A DNA stretch of 64,000 nt, taken from NCBI RefSeq assembly GCF_044704955.1, contig NC_092007.1, positions 11,656,001 through 11,720,000 on the forward strand, written 5' to 3'. Under the pieces are notes generated by a model. That model searched no databases. It had not been told where the DNA came from and was given only the letters and a program-made list of their open reading frames with translations. Positions 24,725 through 36,068 of the stretch are shown here, in pieces (the first letter of the stretch is position 1; the number at the start of each line of letters is the position of its first letter). The DNA comes from Pristiophorus japonicus. Lineage: Eukaryota. Both the position numbers and the translations under genes were made by a program.

Positions 24725-24873
24725 TTGGGATTTGAGGGGACGCTTTCACGCAGAGGGTGTTTGAGGTTTGAAACTCACTGCCTGAAAGGGTGGCAGAGGC
24801 AGAAACCCTAATAGTTTTTAAAAAGTACTGGCATATATCAGCCAAAGATTCAGTGCTGCTAAACTGCAGCGTC

Positions 24874-25000
24874 TGTAAGACTACAGCATTTATGGGGGCT
24901 CATTTTCTGCTAATAACTGCATGAACATTGCTCCAAGATGGCTGAAAACATGGGTTGACCAAATTATTAGTGACGCAAAAGTCTTTGCAAATTCAAAAGG
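24874..25000 (+). mobile_element. 5' part of a TGTAAGAC-family LTR, at the same position relative to the GPCR as the copy at 329
   Basis: Shared upstream flank tatcagccaa...agtgctgcta...cagc.tc|tgtaagac at 291-336 and 24836-24881. Confidence 0.6.
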
Positions 25001-25639
25001 TTTTAAAGGAACAGGGATTAAAAGGGAAGTTGAAACTGACACTTGACCCAGAAAAATAAAAAAACATCGGATATAATTGACTGAAAGAAGCTTGAATGTT
25101 GAAATTCCATTTTGCATGGAAATGTGCATTTGTCGCAAGACTTACTAAAGTGAATATTTAGGGAGATGATGAATTTGTTGCTTGCTCGAAAGCCTGTCTT
25201 TAGAAAAGGGAGTGTCTGTATGTTTGTCTAAGCTCCACCCACCTTTATGGATTTGTAATCTTGTTGTGTATTTTAGACAATTGCTTATGCTGATAAGTTG
25301 GTTAATTGAATTATGTATGTATACACATGCATTATTTTAGAGAGGTACTTGAGCCATGTTTTTGGTTATGAACTGATTTGGCAACTCCAGTTCATAATCC
25401 ATTTCAGGGTTCAATATTGTCCAGGCTGTACGAATGCCTTTGATGAATAATGGGGTAACGAAATCGTTTACCCACAATTGAATTAGATCTTAGGTTAAAA
25501 ATGCAAGTGCAGAGCTATTTTGAATATAATTCATGCAAATAAATACAAGTTGTTGTTGTAATGAAATGCAGAGCAGACCATTTGTTCTGCAAAATATAAG
25601 CTTCAGCCTTGAAGTTAGTTGCTATGGTATCTGCTAAGA

Positions 25640-26383
25640 AAAACTCTCCAGCCAGGGGAATTATCCTCCCTGCAGCCACCCTGTCGTGTCCTGTAAGCAT
25701 TCTGTATGTTTCAATGAGATCACCTCTCAGTTTTCTAAACTCTAGAGCGTACAGAATACCCTAGAGCATTCTACACAATCTCTTAATGTAAGACAGCATT
25801 CTCATGCCAGGAATCAGTCGAGAGAACGTACGTTATACCGCCTCCAAATCAAGTATATCCTTCCTTAGATAAGGAGACCAAAACTTTGCACAGTACTCCA
25901 GGTGTGGTCTCACCAATGTCCTGTACAATTCTACCAAGACATCTTTACTCATATAGTCCAACCCACTTGCAATAAAGGACAATATGCCATTTGCCTTCCT
26001 ACTTGCTTGCTGTACCCGCATGCTGGCTGTCTGTGTATTTTTGCACAAGAACACTCAAATCATTCTGAACACCAATATTTAAATGTTTCTCACCATTTAA
26101 AAAAATATTTTGTTTTCCTATTCTTTCTACCAAAGTTAATAATCTCAGATTTCCCCACATTATACTCCATCTGCCACCTTACTACCCACTCACTTAGTCT
26201 ATCTATATCGCTTTGCAGACATTTTGTCTTCCTCTCACACCTTACTGTCCCACTACGTTTTGCATCGTCTGTAAACTTGGATACATTACACTCGGTCCCT
26301 TCACCTAGGTCATTAATATAGATTGTAAATAGCCGAGGCCTCAGCAGGGATCCCTTCAGCACGCCACTAGCTGCAGCCTGCTG
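25640..26383 (-). mobile_element. CR1 LINE fragment
   Basis: ORFs 25833-26054 and 26090-26362 ([23 protein letters not shown]). Confidence 0.85.
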
Positions 26384-27454
26384 ATGTTAAATATACGTGT
26401 AAGGTGCGCATCTTGGTTAGTGGAACGAGCCTGACAAGAAACTGCGGAATATTGCTGAGGGAAAGCCCCCATCGTGGGCAACTGATCGACGCGCATTTAC
26501 CAACGAGCTCAGAGTCTGTGCCAAGTCAGGCGCATGGTAGCGGTATACCCGGTGAGGCACGAATGCCGTCTACCAGAACAGCGTGACTTTATGTTATTAC
26601 CCAATCATGCCTGAGAAAATAACCTTAAATCCTTTGTTCCGAGTACAGAATGTAGGATTATGTCAGGGAGACCATTTCGTCAGATGCTATGAAGCCCCGC
26701 AGTATGTGACGTGGGTAGATGGGACAACATGGGTAGCCCCAGGCCTAACTAGATGTGCTGAAGTTCGGGGACACGTTCACTTGTCCCTTCGATGTGGCAG
26801 AACATGCAGCCCAAGCGTGCGGGTTTAAGTGGGATGTGATAGCATGGACCTATACCGTGAAGGTAATTGCGGGACAGCATTTTCCCCGTACGATCTGCAT
26901 ATAGAGGGAAGGGTGAGTATTGTGTCACCACCATACAATGGCAATACCAGTATAGTGCCAACATGAATTGTCCCAGCCGGATGGGAACATGTGCTTTACC
27001 CCAGCCCAAACTGTAAGACTTGGGGCACGGGTTTCGTTATGCATTTATCAGCAGAGGCAAGTAGATATTGCTGTGGAAGATGCATTAAAGAAGCAATTTC
27101 ACCAGTACATGGTGCGATTTGACTTTGGCATCCCAGCTCCACCGGAACACTTGGCAAAGTTAATGAAATGTGTTTAACAGTTCCAAAGCCATTATTATGG
27201 CCTAGAAAAACCGTGAAGTATGTAAAGAAATGTTTAAGATTGCCGATGATACATCCTGGCTGGACATTGTATCGAACAGTGAAAATCTTCCGTGGATACG
27301 GATTGTCACACATGTGTTGGTCGCTGTACAGCCAGGGATTGTGTTGCATTGTCTGATAATAACCTACCTTGTTAACAGGAGACGCCAGCTGCAGGAGTGT
27401 GTCACACTGATTCGGGAAACACAGACGAAAGGAGAGGATACTGAACTGAACTAA
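26384..27454 (+). mobile_element. Decayed env-like glycoprotein gene (C-terminal part) of an endogenous retrovirus-like element
   Basis: Frameshifted Cys-rich ectodomain, helical linker, hydrophobic segment PWIRIVTHVLVAVQPGIVLHCLIITYLV with basic stop-transfer NRRRQ; stop at 27454, 50 bp before an LTR. Confidence 0.6.
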
Positions 27455-27503
27455 AAGTTACTGGGACTCGAAAAGTTCGAGTCCATTTACCTCTGGTTGG
27501 ATA

Positions 27504-28218
27504 TGTAAGACCACAGCATTCTTTTGTCTCATTTTCTGCTAATAACTGTGCTTGCAAACTGTTGAAAGATGGCAAAAACCGATGATGACCATTTGTAAAG
27601 ACACAGAAGGCAGTGCGAATTCAAAAGGCTTTCTCCAGGGTTTGAACAGCTCGCAGTTGCAAAAAGACATTGCCTGGGAACAGTAATCGAGCTGCAACAA
27701 GGAGATAGGAGAAAGAAACTCACATTCATTGTGAAAAACTTTCGCTGTGAACTAAATCTGGACAATTATGTACACGGTGGGCAGTCATTCTGAAAAAAAC
27801 AGATAAAATGGCTGTGACACATGAAGGCAGCACTGCAATCCAGCGATTGGTAACCTGGTCAGTTACCAAGAGAATCAGATGGTTAATTTCCAATCGCTAA
27901 CCACGGTTGGAGTTAACTCTCAGGTGTGAGTGTGTCTGCTTTGCAAGCACTTACGTAATCGGCAAATTTAACTGTTAGGAAATATTTTAATGGGATAGAT
28001 CGCTGCAACTTAATAATGAGAAATGATTGTGTATTTGATGCTATCGTGATTGCTTGTATCTCTTTTGGTTAACCAATTAAGATAACCCCAGTAGAGGGGT
28101 GGGTGACATACACCCGGAGTCAGTGTTGTTTTTGTCTCACAAGTCCAGCTCTGTAAAGTGCAGGGAAAATACATAAACGTTACTGGTTAAACCTGTCTTA
28201 ATTAACGTAAGTCTTACA
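27504..28218 (+). mobile_element. 3' LTR of the env-bearing element
   Basis: Perfect 8-bp terminal inverted repeat TGTAAGAC...GTCTTACA; homologous to 329-982; an alternative end at CAACA 28275 is possible. Confidence 0.65.
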
Positions 28219-28294
28219 CAGAAACACACACACTAACACACACACAAGCACAGAAACACAACACACGTAACAACATCTTCGGATCAGGTGTCCA

Positions 28295-28895
28295 CCATTT
28301 GACCACTCGAACCGGCTCCGCCATCAATCAGATCATAGCTGATCTGATCTTGGCCTCAACTCCACGAACCTGCCTGCTCCCCATGCTCTGTGACTCCCCT
28401 ATCATTCAAGAATCTGTCTATCTCCGTCATAAATATATTCACTGACCCACCCTCCACAGCTCTTTGCGGAAGTGAATTCTACAGGTTCACAAGTTTCTCA
28501 GAGAAGGAATTCTTACCCATCTCCGTTTTAAATGAGCGCCCCTTTATTCTGAAAATATGCCCCCTACTTCTAGATTCCCCCACAAGGGGAATCATCCTCT
28601 CTGCATGTATACTGTCAAGTCTCCTCGGAATCTTATACATTACAATAAAATCACTTATCATTTTACTAAGCTCCAATATATGCCCAACCTGCTGAAAGTT
28701 TCTTCACAAGACAACCCCATCATTTCAGGAATCAACCTCATGACCCTACACTGAACTGCCTCCAATGCAAGTATATCCCTCCTTAAATAAAAATATCAAA
28801 TCTGGACACAGTACTCCAGGTGTGGCCTCACCAATATCCTGCAGAGTTATCGCGGGACTTGTCTGCCTTTACACACTATCTCCTTTGCAATAAAG
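28295..28895 (-). mobile_element. CR1 LINE 3' portion, degraded
   Basis: ORF 28479-28676 (ERMIPLVGESRSRGH...FKTEMGKNSF). Confidence 0.8.
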
Positions 28896-28939
28896 GTGAT
28901 CACTACGAGGACTAGATGTACTACATACAGCTCATCTTC

Positions 28940-29555
28940 TTAGCCAGTCATTCGGGGTAGAGGATGACTTGCTTCCACAAACACGAGTTCTCAGGTGACT
29001 GATGAGCCCAATGCGGGACCCACAGGCGGTGTCTCGGGCAGACAGTGGTTGAAGGATCGGTGGGTGTAATCCTTGGCTTGTCATGCGCTCATTCCGCTGT
29101 TTGCACTTGGCATCCGGTGCTCCCGTGAAAGAGACTCGAGGTATTCAGCACCTTCTCGGATGCTCCTCCTCCACTTTGAGTGGATTTGGGCTGGGGATAC
29201 CCAAGAGTCGTTGGTGATGTTACATATATTCAAGGAGGTTTTGAGGGTGTCCTTGAAGTGTTTCCTCTGCCCTTCTGGGGCTCGCTTACCGTGACATAGC
29301 TCGGAGTATAGTGCCTGTTTTGGAGTCTGGCATCGAGCATGCAGATGATGTGGCCCGCCCAGTGGAGCTGATCGAGTGTGGTCAGCACCTTCATACTGGG
29401 GATGTTGGCCTGAGAGAGAACGCTGACGTTGGTGCACCTATCCTCCCAGGGAATTTGCAGGATTTTGCGGAGGCAGCGTTGGTGGTACTTCCCCAGTGCT
29501 TTGAGGTGCCGACTCTACATTGTCCATGTGTCTCAGGCATATAGGAGGGTGGGTA
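28940..29555 (-). mobile_element. RTE-clade LINE 3' fragment
   Basis: PKQALYSELCHGKRAPEGQRKHFKDTLKTSL, typical RTE C-terminal region. Confidence 0.75.
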
Positions 29556-29556
29556 T

Positions 29557-32500
29557 CTATTGTGTATGCAGAAAGAGTCAGATTGAACACGGTGAGCTCA
29601 AAGTAAAGTGTGACCGTATTATCTTATTGCAAATCTCTCCAACCTGTGAAGCCTTCTTAAATACCTGTGCTCCCAAGGGATTATTGGATCCCTTGGGACT
29701 CCAGGGAATGAGCCCTCTGGAGGCTGTACAGAGTAAATACATGTCCACATAAATTATAACATTCCTCCCCAAAATCAATAGTGTAACTATTTACAATCTG
29801 AGTCGATCTGGGGCCCTTCTTGTCCTGGTTGATCGTCTCGGTGTGAAAGCTGGTGTTGTTGAGTCATTTGTTGGGCTCTCGCTGGGCTGCTGTGCAGCTG
29901 GCCTTGCTGGGCTGCCTGGTGTGTTGGGCCCTGCAGGGCTGCAGTGAATGATTGGTTCTGCTTTCTGGTCAACCATAGTGTCGATTGCCACTGGTGTGTG
30001 TGTTGGGGGATCAAAAAGGTAGGTTCCAATGTGGCTTGCTCAGGGTAGTCCATGAATCTGAGTTTGATTTGGTCCAAGTGTTTCCGGTGAATTAATCCAT
30101 TTGTAAGTTTGACCCGAAACACCCTGCTCTCCTCTTTGGCCACGACAGTGCCGGGAAGCCACTTGGGAACTTGTCCATAATTTAATACAATTATCTCACA
30201 TTCATTTCACTTGGAGTATGCGTCTACAACAACAAGGAACATTTTACCCAAGAATAGGCTTGCATAGTTGACTTGTACCCGAGACCACGGTTTGGAGGGC
30301 CTAGACCATAAACTTAGCGGTGCCTCATGGGTACATTGCTTAACTGCGAGCATGTATTACATCTGTGAACGCAGAACTCTAAGTCCGCATCGATGCTGGG
30401 CCACCACACATGGGATTTGGCTTTCTCATTCATCATTACAATGCCTGGGTGGGTACTGTGAAGGCCATTGATGAAGGTGTCTCTGCCCTTCTTGGGGACC
30501 ACTACGCGATTGCCCCACAGAAGGCAGTCTGCCTGTAAAGACATTTCATCTTTGCGCTGCTGGAACGGATTTAACTCTTCCTGCATTTCCACTGGGACAC
30601 TGGACCAGCTCCCGTGAAGCACACAGCTTTTGACTAGAGATAATAAGGGGTCCTAGTTTGTCCAGGTTTTGATCTGCCGGGCAGTGATGGGTGATTGCTC
30701 ACTCTCAAATGCTTCCATAACCATGGCTCGATCTGCGGGCTGTGCCATTTCCACCCCCGTCGTGGGCAATGGCAGCCTACTGAGAGCATGGGCGTAGTTT
30801 TCTGTGCCTGGCCTGTGGCGGATGGCTTAGTTGTATGCGGACAACGTGAGCACCCATTTCTGGATGCGGGCCGACGCATTGGTATTTATCCCTTTACTCT
30901 CGGAAAACAAGGATATGAGTGACTTTTGGTCAGTTTCCAATATGAATTTTAGCACAAACAAGTATTGATGTGTTTACCCTATAAACACATGCTAACACTT
31001 ATTTTTCAATCATGCTTTAGGTTCTCTCGGCCTTAGACAGACACCTGGATGCATAAGGAACCGGTTGCAGTTTCCTGAAATCATTAGCTTGTTGCAATAC
31101 ACAACGGATGCCATATGACGACATATCACATGCTAATACCAAACGCTTACATGGATCATACAACACAAGCAATTTGTTTGAGCATAACAATTTTCTCGCT
31201 TTTACAAAGTCATTTTCTTGGCTTTTGCCCCAAGCCCATTCGCCCCTTTTCCTAGTAAGACATGAAGTGATGCTAGCAGGGTGTTGAGACTCGGTAAGAA
31301 GTTACCAAATTAGTTCATGTGTCCCAGAAATGACCGCAGCTCCGTCACGTTCTGTGGCCTTGGTGCATTCTCAATTGCCTCCGCCTTCGCGTTGATGGGC
31401 CTGATGCCATCTGCCGCAATCCTCCTTCCTAGGAACTCCACTTCAAGCGCCAGGAAAATGCACTTCGAGCGTTTTAACCTGAGCCCCACGCGGTTGAGTC
31501 GAATAAGAACCTCCTCCAGGTTCTGCAAGTGCTCGACTGTGTTCTGACCGGTGAACAAGATGTCATCCTGGAAGACCACGGTTTCCAGGACCGACTTCAG
31601 TAAACCTTCCATGCTTCTCTTGAATATCGCCGCCACTGATCGGATTCAAAACGGGCATCTGTTATAAACAAAAAGACCTTTGTGCTTGTTGATGCAGGTG
31701 AGGACCTTCGATGATTCCTCCAGTTCCTGCGTCATGTAGGCTGAGGTCAGATCCAGCTTCGTGAACGTCTTTCCTCCTACCAGCGTTGCAAAGAGGTCGT
31801 CGGCTTTTGGTAATGGATATTGGTCCCGCAGGGAGAAACGATTGATAGTTACATTGTAATCACCACAGATTCTGACTGTGCCATCTCCCTTGAGGACTGG
31901 GACAATAGGACTGGCCTACTCGCTGAACTCGATCGGTGAAATGATACCCTCTCGTTGCAGCTGGTCTAGTTTGATCTCTATCCTTTCTCTCATCATGTAC
32001 GGTACTGCTTTCGCCTTGTGATATATTGGGCGCACCCCCGGGATTAGGTGCATCTGCACTTTTGCTCCTTGCAAATTCCCGATGCCTGGTTCGAACAGCG
32101 AAGGAAATATGTTTCAGACCTGGGCACAGGAAGTGTCGCCAGTAGGCGATAGCACTCGGACGTCGTTCCACTTCCAGCGTATCTTTCCCAGTCAGCTCCT
32201 GCCGAGCAGCATGGGACCATCGACTGGTCCCACCCAGAGTGGGAGCTTGTGCACCGCTCCATCGTAAGAGACTTTTACGGCAGCACTGTTGATTACAGGA
32301 ATCAGTTCTTTAGTGTAAGTTCTTAGTCTCGTGCAAACTGGAGTTAAGACTGGCCTTGAGGCCTTGTTGCACGACAACCTTTCAAAAGTCTTTTTGCGCA
32401 TGATGGACTGGCTTGCATCCATGTCCAGCTTCATTGACAGTTGGAGTTTATTTAGTTCAACATTCAGCATTATCGGGGGACAATTCGTGGTGAATGTGTT

Positions 32501-32778
32501 CACCCCATGCAACTCTGCCTCTGAGGCTCTGGTTCATCGTGATCCTCCGTGGATCTGTCCTCCTCTGCAACTTGGTCGTTTGCAGGTTTAACAGGCTTAG
32601 CAGCTCGCCTGCACACTGGTTGGAAGTGTCCCATTGTTCCACAGCACTTGTAAACGTATCCTTTGAATCAACATGAATGGAAACGATGATCATCCCCACA
32701 GCGCCAACAAGGTGTTAATGGCCTTGATTCATCACTCTTGATGGTGGACTCTGAGACATCTGTGGACGTGTAGCTGCA
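29557..32778 (-). mobile_element. Second Gypsy family element, 5'-deleted; 3' LTR ~29557-29761 with PPT
   Basis: ORFs 32192-32512 (protease), 31310-31636 (FQDD), 30314-30622 (HSTHPGIV zinc finger); minus-strand GGGGAGGAA precedes TGTTATAA at 29761. Confidence 0.88.
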
Positions 32779-33493
32779 GATGGTGCAGCTGGCGGTGATA
32801 ACCAGGATTGGAAGGAGGAACCCGATGAGGAAGTTGGTGAGAGTCAGTGCTCGGTACCGGGCATCATGCAGCCTTTTCGCCTGCTCCGGCACCGCCCGGT
32901 CATCACCCTCTCCACGGTCCGTCGTGTTCAGTGCCACCCCCTCGCCCTCTAGCGGGTACTCGGTCACCCCGGGATACCAATTGTCGGAAGACGAATGATG
33001 GCGCACTCCCGATGGCAGCTGCCACCCACATTCCCAGGCTGAGCAGGGTGGCCAGCCACAGGCCGCAGTGGTTCTGGGACCAGATGGGCAGGACCACCGA
33101 AAAGCAGCGGTCCATGCTGATGGCGGCCAGCGTAAAGACATTGGCGTGCAGACAGAGCACCACCGCCCCATAGCTGAGCTTGCAGAGCAGACAACCGAAG
33201 GGCCAGTGGTTGTCCAGGGCGATGTCGGTGATGTAAAGACGGAGCAGCAGAGAGACAGTGAAGTCGGCCACGGCAAGGCTCTGCAACGAGACGGTGTCGG
33301 CCGTTCTCTTCAGCTTGAAGCCGGTGGCCCAGATGACCAGCTCATTGCCCGACATGCCCAGGACGCAGGTGATGACGTTTTTCATAATAGCGCAGGCTTG
33401 CCTCGCTCGCTCCATGCTGGAGTAGACTTCTGTCGCTGGGACATTGTGCGGAACCTCGCTGCAGTTTGTCGGTTGAAAGTCATCGGGTTCCAT
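32779..33493 (-). pseudogene. CMKLR1-like GPCR pseudogene, copy C (start codon to TM5; 3' end lost; frameshift in ECL2)
   Basis: MEPDDFQPTNCS...VLGMSGNELVIWATGFKLKRT...LAVADF...DRCFSVVLPIWSQNH...PSFVFRQ; ATG at 33493, splice acceptor ttcAG at 33509-33508; fused to Gypsy after SCTI. Confidence 0.9.
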
Positions 33494-33519
33494 TTCAGAT
33501 GTCGCACCTGAAGACACGG

Positions 33520-34024
33520 AGCGAGAGAGAGAGAGACAGATAGCGGAAGAGAGAGAGAGAGGGAGCAAGAAAGAGAAAGCGAGACAGACTGAGAGTGAAA
33601 GAAAGACAGAGAGGGTGAAGAGAAAGAGAGAGAGAGTAAGAGAGGGAGCGAGAGACAGTGAATGACAGAGAAAGAGAAGGAGAGAGAGACAAGGGGAGAG
33701 TTTTAGAAGAAGCAAGAGAAAGAAAGTGAGCGTGAGAGAGGGAGAGAGTTGCAACGAGAGAGATAGAGAGGTAGGGAGAGAGAGACTGAAAGTGAGGAAG
33801 CGAGAGACAGAGACAGAGAGAGAGAGAGAGGCAAAGAAAGAGAGAGAGAGAAAGCGAGAGAGGGAGCGAAAGAGAGGCACAGAGAGAGAAAAAAAACATC
33901 GAGAGAGAGAGGGAGCAAGAGAGAGGGAGTGAGAGAGAGACACCAAGAGATAGATAGAGAGAGAGAGAGATAGCGAGAGAGAGAGATAGAGAGACAGAGA
34001 AGAGAGAGAGGGAGAGGGAAGAGT
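33520..34024. repeat. ~500-bp GA-rich polypurine/polypyrimidine tract in the intron upstream of the GPCR coding exon
   Basis: Degenerate (GA)n; abuts the acceptor at 33508. Confidence 0.9.
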
Positions 34025-34064
34025 CCATTAGTGTTGACCCCAGTACAGAAATCACGGAGATTGA

Positions 34065-34410
34065 CACTCAATTTCCACCTCTGTAACTTTTCCCGTCACC
34101 GCCTCTACCTCAGCCCGTCCGCTTCTGAAACCCTAGTCCGTACGCTTGTTCCATCCAGACAAGTCTATTCTATGCCGCTCCTGACTGGCCTCCCGAATTG
34201 TAAGCTCATTCAAAACTCCCATCTTTTAACTCACACCGAATCCCATTCAGCCATCAAGCCCCGCCCCACACCCCGCCCTATTGCTCGCTGACCCACATTG
34301 GCTCTTGTTCAGATAATGTCTCGAATTTAAAAGTCTCATCTTTATTTTCAAATTTCTCCGTGGTCTCCTCGCTCCCTCCCTCGCGAAATCTGTAAACTCT
34401 TCCAGACCAC
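34065..34410 (+). mobile_element. L2 LINE fragment
   Basis: FHLCNFSRHRLYLSPSASETLVRTLVPSRQVYS, similar to the 4680-4960 region of the L2 above. Confidence 0.6.
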
Positions 34411-34411
34411 A

Positions 34412-34910
34412 AGTGCGGCGCTCCCTCAGCAATGTCCCTCCGACAGTGCGGATCTCCCTCAGCACTGACCCTCCAACAGTACGGCGGTCCCTCAGTACTA
34501 CCGCAGCGACAGTGCGGCGCTCCCTCAGTACTGCCCCTGCGACAGTGCGGCGCTCCCGCAGTACTGCCCCTCCGACAGTGCGGCGCTCCCTCAGTACTGC
34601 CCCTGCGACAGTGCGGCGCTCCCGCATTTCTGCCCCTCCGACAGTGCGGCGCTCCCTCAGTACTGCCCCTCCGACAGTGCGGAGCTCCCGCAGTACTGCC
34701 ACCCGACAATGCTGATCTCGCTCAGTACTGACCCTCCGACAGTCCACCTCTCCATCAGTACTGCCCCTCCGACAGGGTAAGCACTCCCTCAGTACTGCCT
34801 CTCCGACAGTGCACTGCACCCTCAGTACTGCCCCTCCGACAGTCCAGCTCTCCCTCAGTACTGCCCACCCGATATGGCAGCAATCCTTCAGTACTGCCCC
34901 TCCGACAGTG
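34412..34910. repeat. 33-bp minisatellite derived from the Deu-SINE core (~15 units)
   Basis: Unit cagtactgcccctccgacagtgcggcgctccct; 11-aa periodicity in spurious ORFs. Confidence 0.9.
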
Positions 34911-35864
34911 TAGGACTTTTCCTTTGGTTTTCAAACACCAAGACACTGGAATATTCCAATACAATGGATTTTTTAAAAACGATTAATACAACTACAAAAT
35001 CCTATTTCATCACTACTGAGTACACGTTCAGAAGTATCAAATTCTCTAGCTTACCGAATCGAAATTCAACTTTGCAATATATATGCACCAAGTTATACAC
35101 TTATATACCATTAAAACAATTCACTCCTTCATATTATCTATGCCTCTAAGTTAACTGCTAACGTACATTCGTTATGGCAATAACTGTGCCCAAACTGGCT
35201 TACGTATAATCCGGTGGGTGATCCGTCCGACTGGTTTAAAAGTTGCGAGTTTCCGGCTGGCCGGCCTCTATCAACTACCGACAGTTTACATTTCGATGCT
35301 GCAGAAAGTGAGCAAACCTTTGTCTTGCTTCATTTACACTCCACATCCTACTGGCACCTCACGGTATCCTGCTGTCCAGTTATGTTTGGCTAGAGATAAC
35401 ATATCCCTTTTGTTGATTGGTCAATTCTGATGCACGTCAACGTCCCTTCTTGCTGTTTGAATGCAAACTGATGAACCCATCCCCAGAGGTTTGATTCATC
35501 CTGTTTACAGACGGCTTTTTTTTCATCACGCATTGGATTTCAGTCCAATTCTTTAGTGTCTCTCATGTACCTACATTTTACACATTACTCCGAGAAGATG
35601 TACAAATTCCAGCTAACAAGTTAGACACCACGTACATAAATATAGCACTTCGAGAAATCGTACAAAATCCACACAACTCTTTCTGCACCACAGTCATAAA
35701 GTATATAAAACACATATTAAAATACATACAAATACATATTATGACTCCTTACCATTACGTAACCTACTCCCGTCACCTGATCAAAGTCCTTCTGCTGTGG
35801 CTGACATTTGCATGCCTGACCTGGCAATATCCATTCCATCATTAGCAAACTGATATATGCTACC
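34909..35864 (-). mobile_element. Possible solo LTR (part of it mirrored at 23584-23889)
   Basis: Imperfect terminal inverted repeat TGTAGGA...TGCTACC bounding a sharp compositional block; no TSD seen. Confidence 0.3.
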
Positions 35865-35865
35865 T

Positions 35866-36068
35866 GCACGGGTTAGAGGCAGAGTAAAGCTCCCGCTACA
35901 CTGTCCCCATCAAACATTCCCAGGGCAAGTAGAGCACGGGGTTAGATACAGAGTGAAGCTCCCTCTACACTGTCCCAATCAAACACTCCCAGGGCAGGAA
36001 CAGTACGGGGCCAGACACAGGGTAAAGCCCCTTCTACACTGTGCCACCAGAAATAAACCAAGGGCAGG
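35866..36068. repeat. ~69-bp tandem repeat adjoining the Gypsy 5' LTR
   Basis: Repeated ggttagatacagagt.aagctccctctacactgtccc.atcaaacactcccagggcag. Confidence 0.75.

Noticed and set aside
24874-28275. Target-site duplication proving 24874 and 27504 are paired LTRs of one provirus
   Set aside because: Flanks (gcgtc versus cagaa or tcttc) do not match, and the 24874 copy diverges after ~125 bp; pairing is unproven
33494-33946. Ser/Leu-rich N-terminal extension of the 347-aa GPCR ORF
   Set aside because: Read-through of the intronic CT tract; the real start is the ATG at 33493 after the acceptor at 33508
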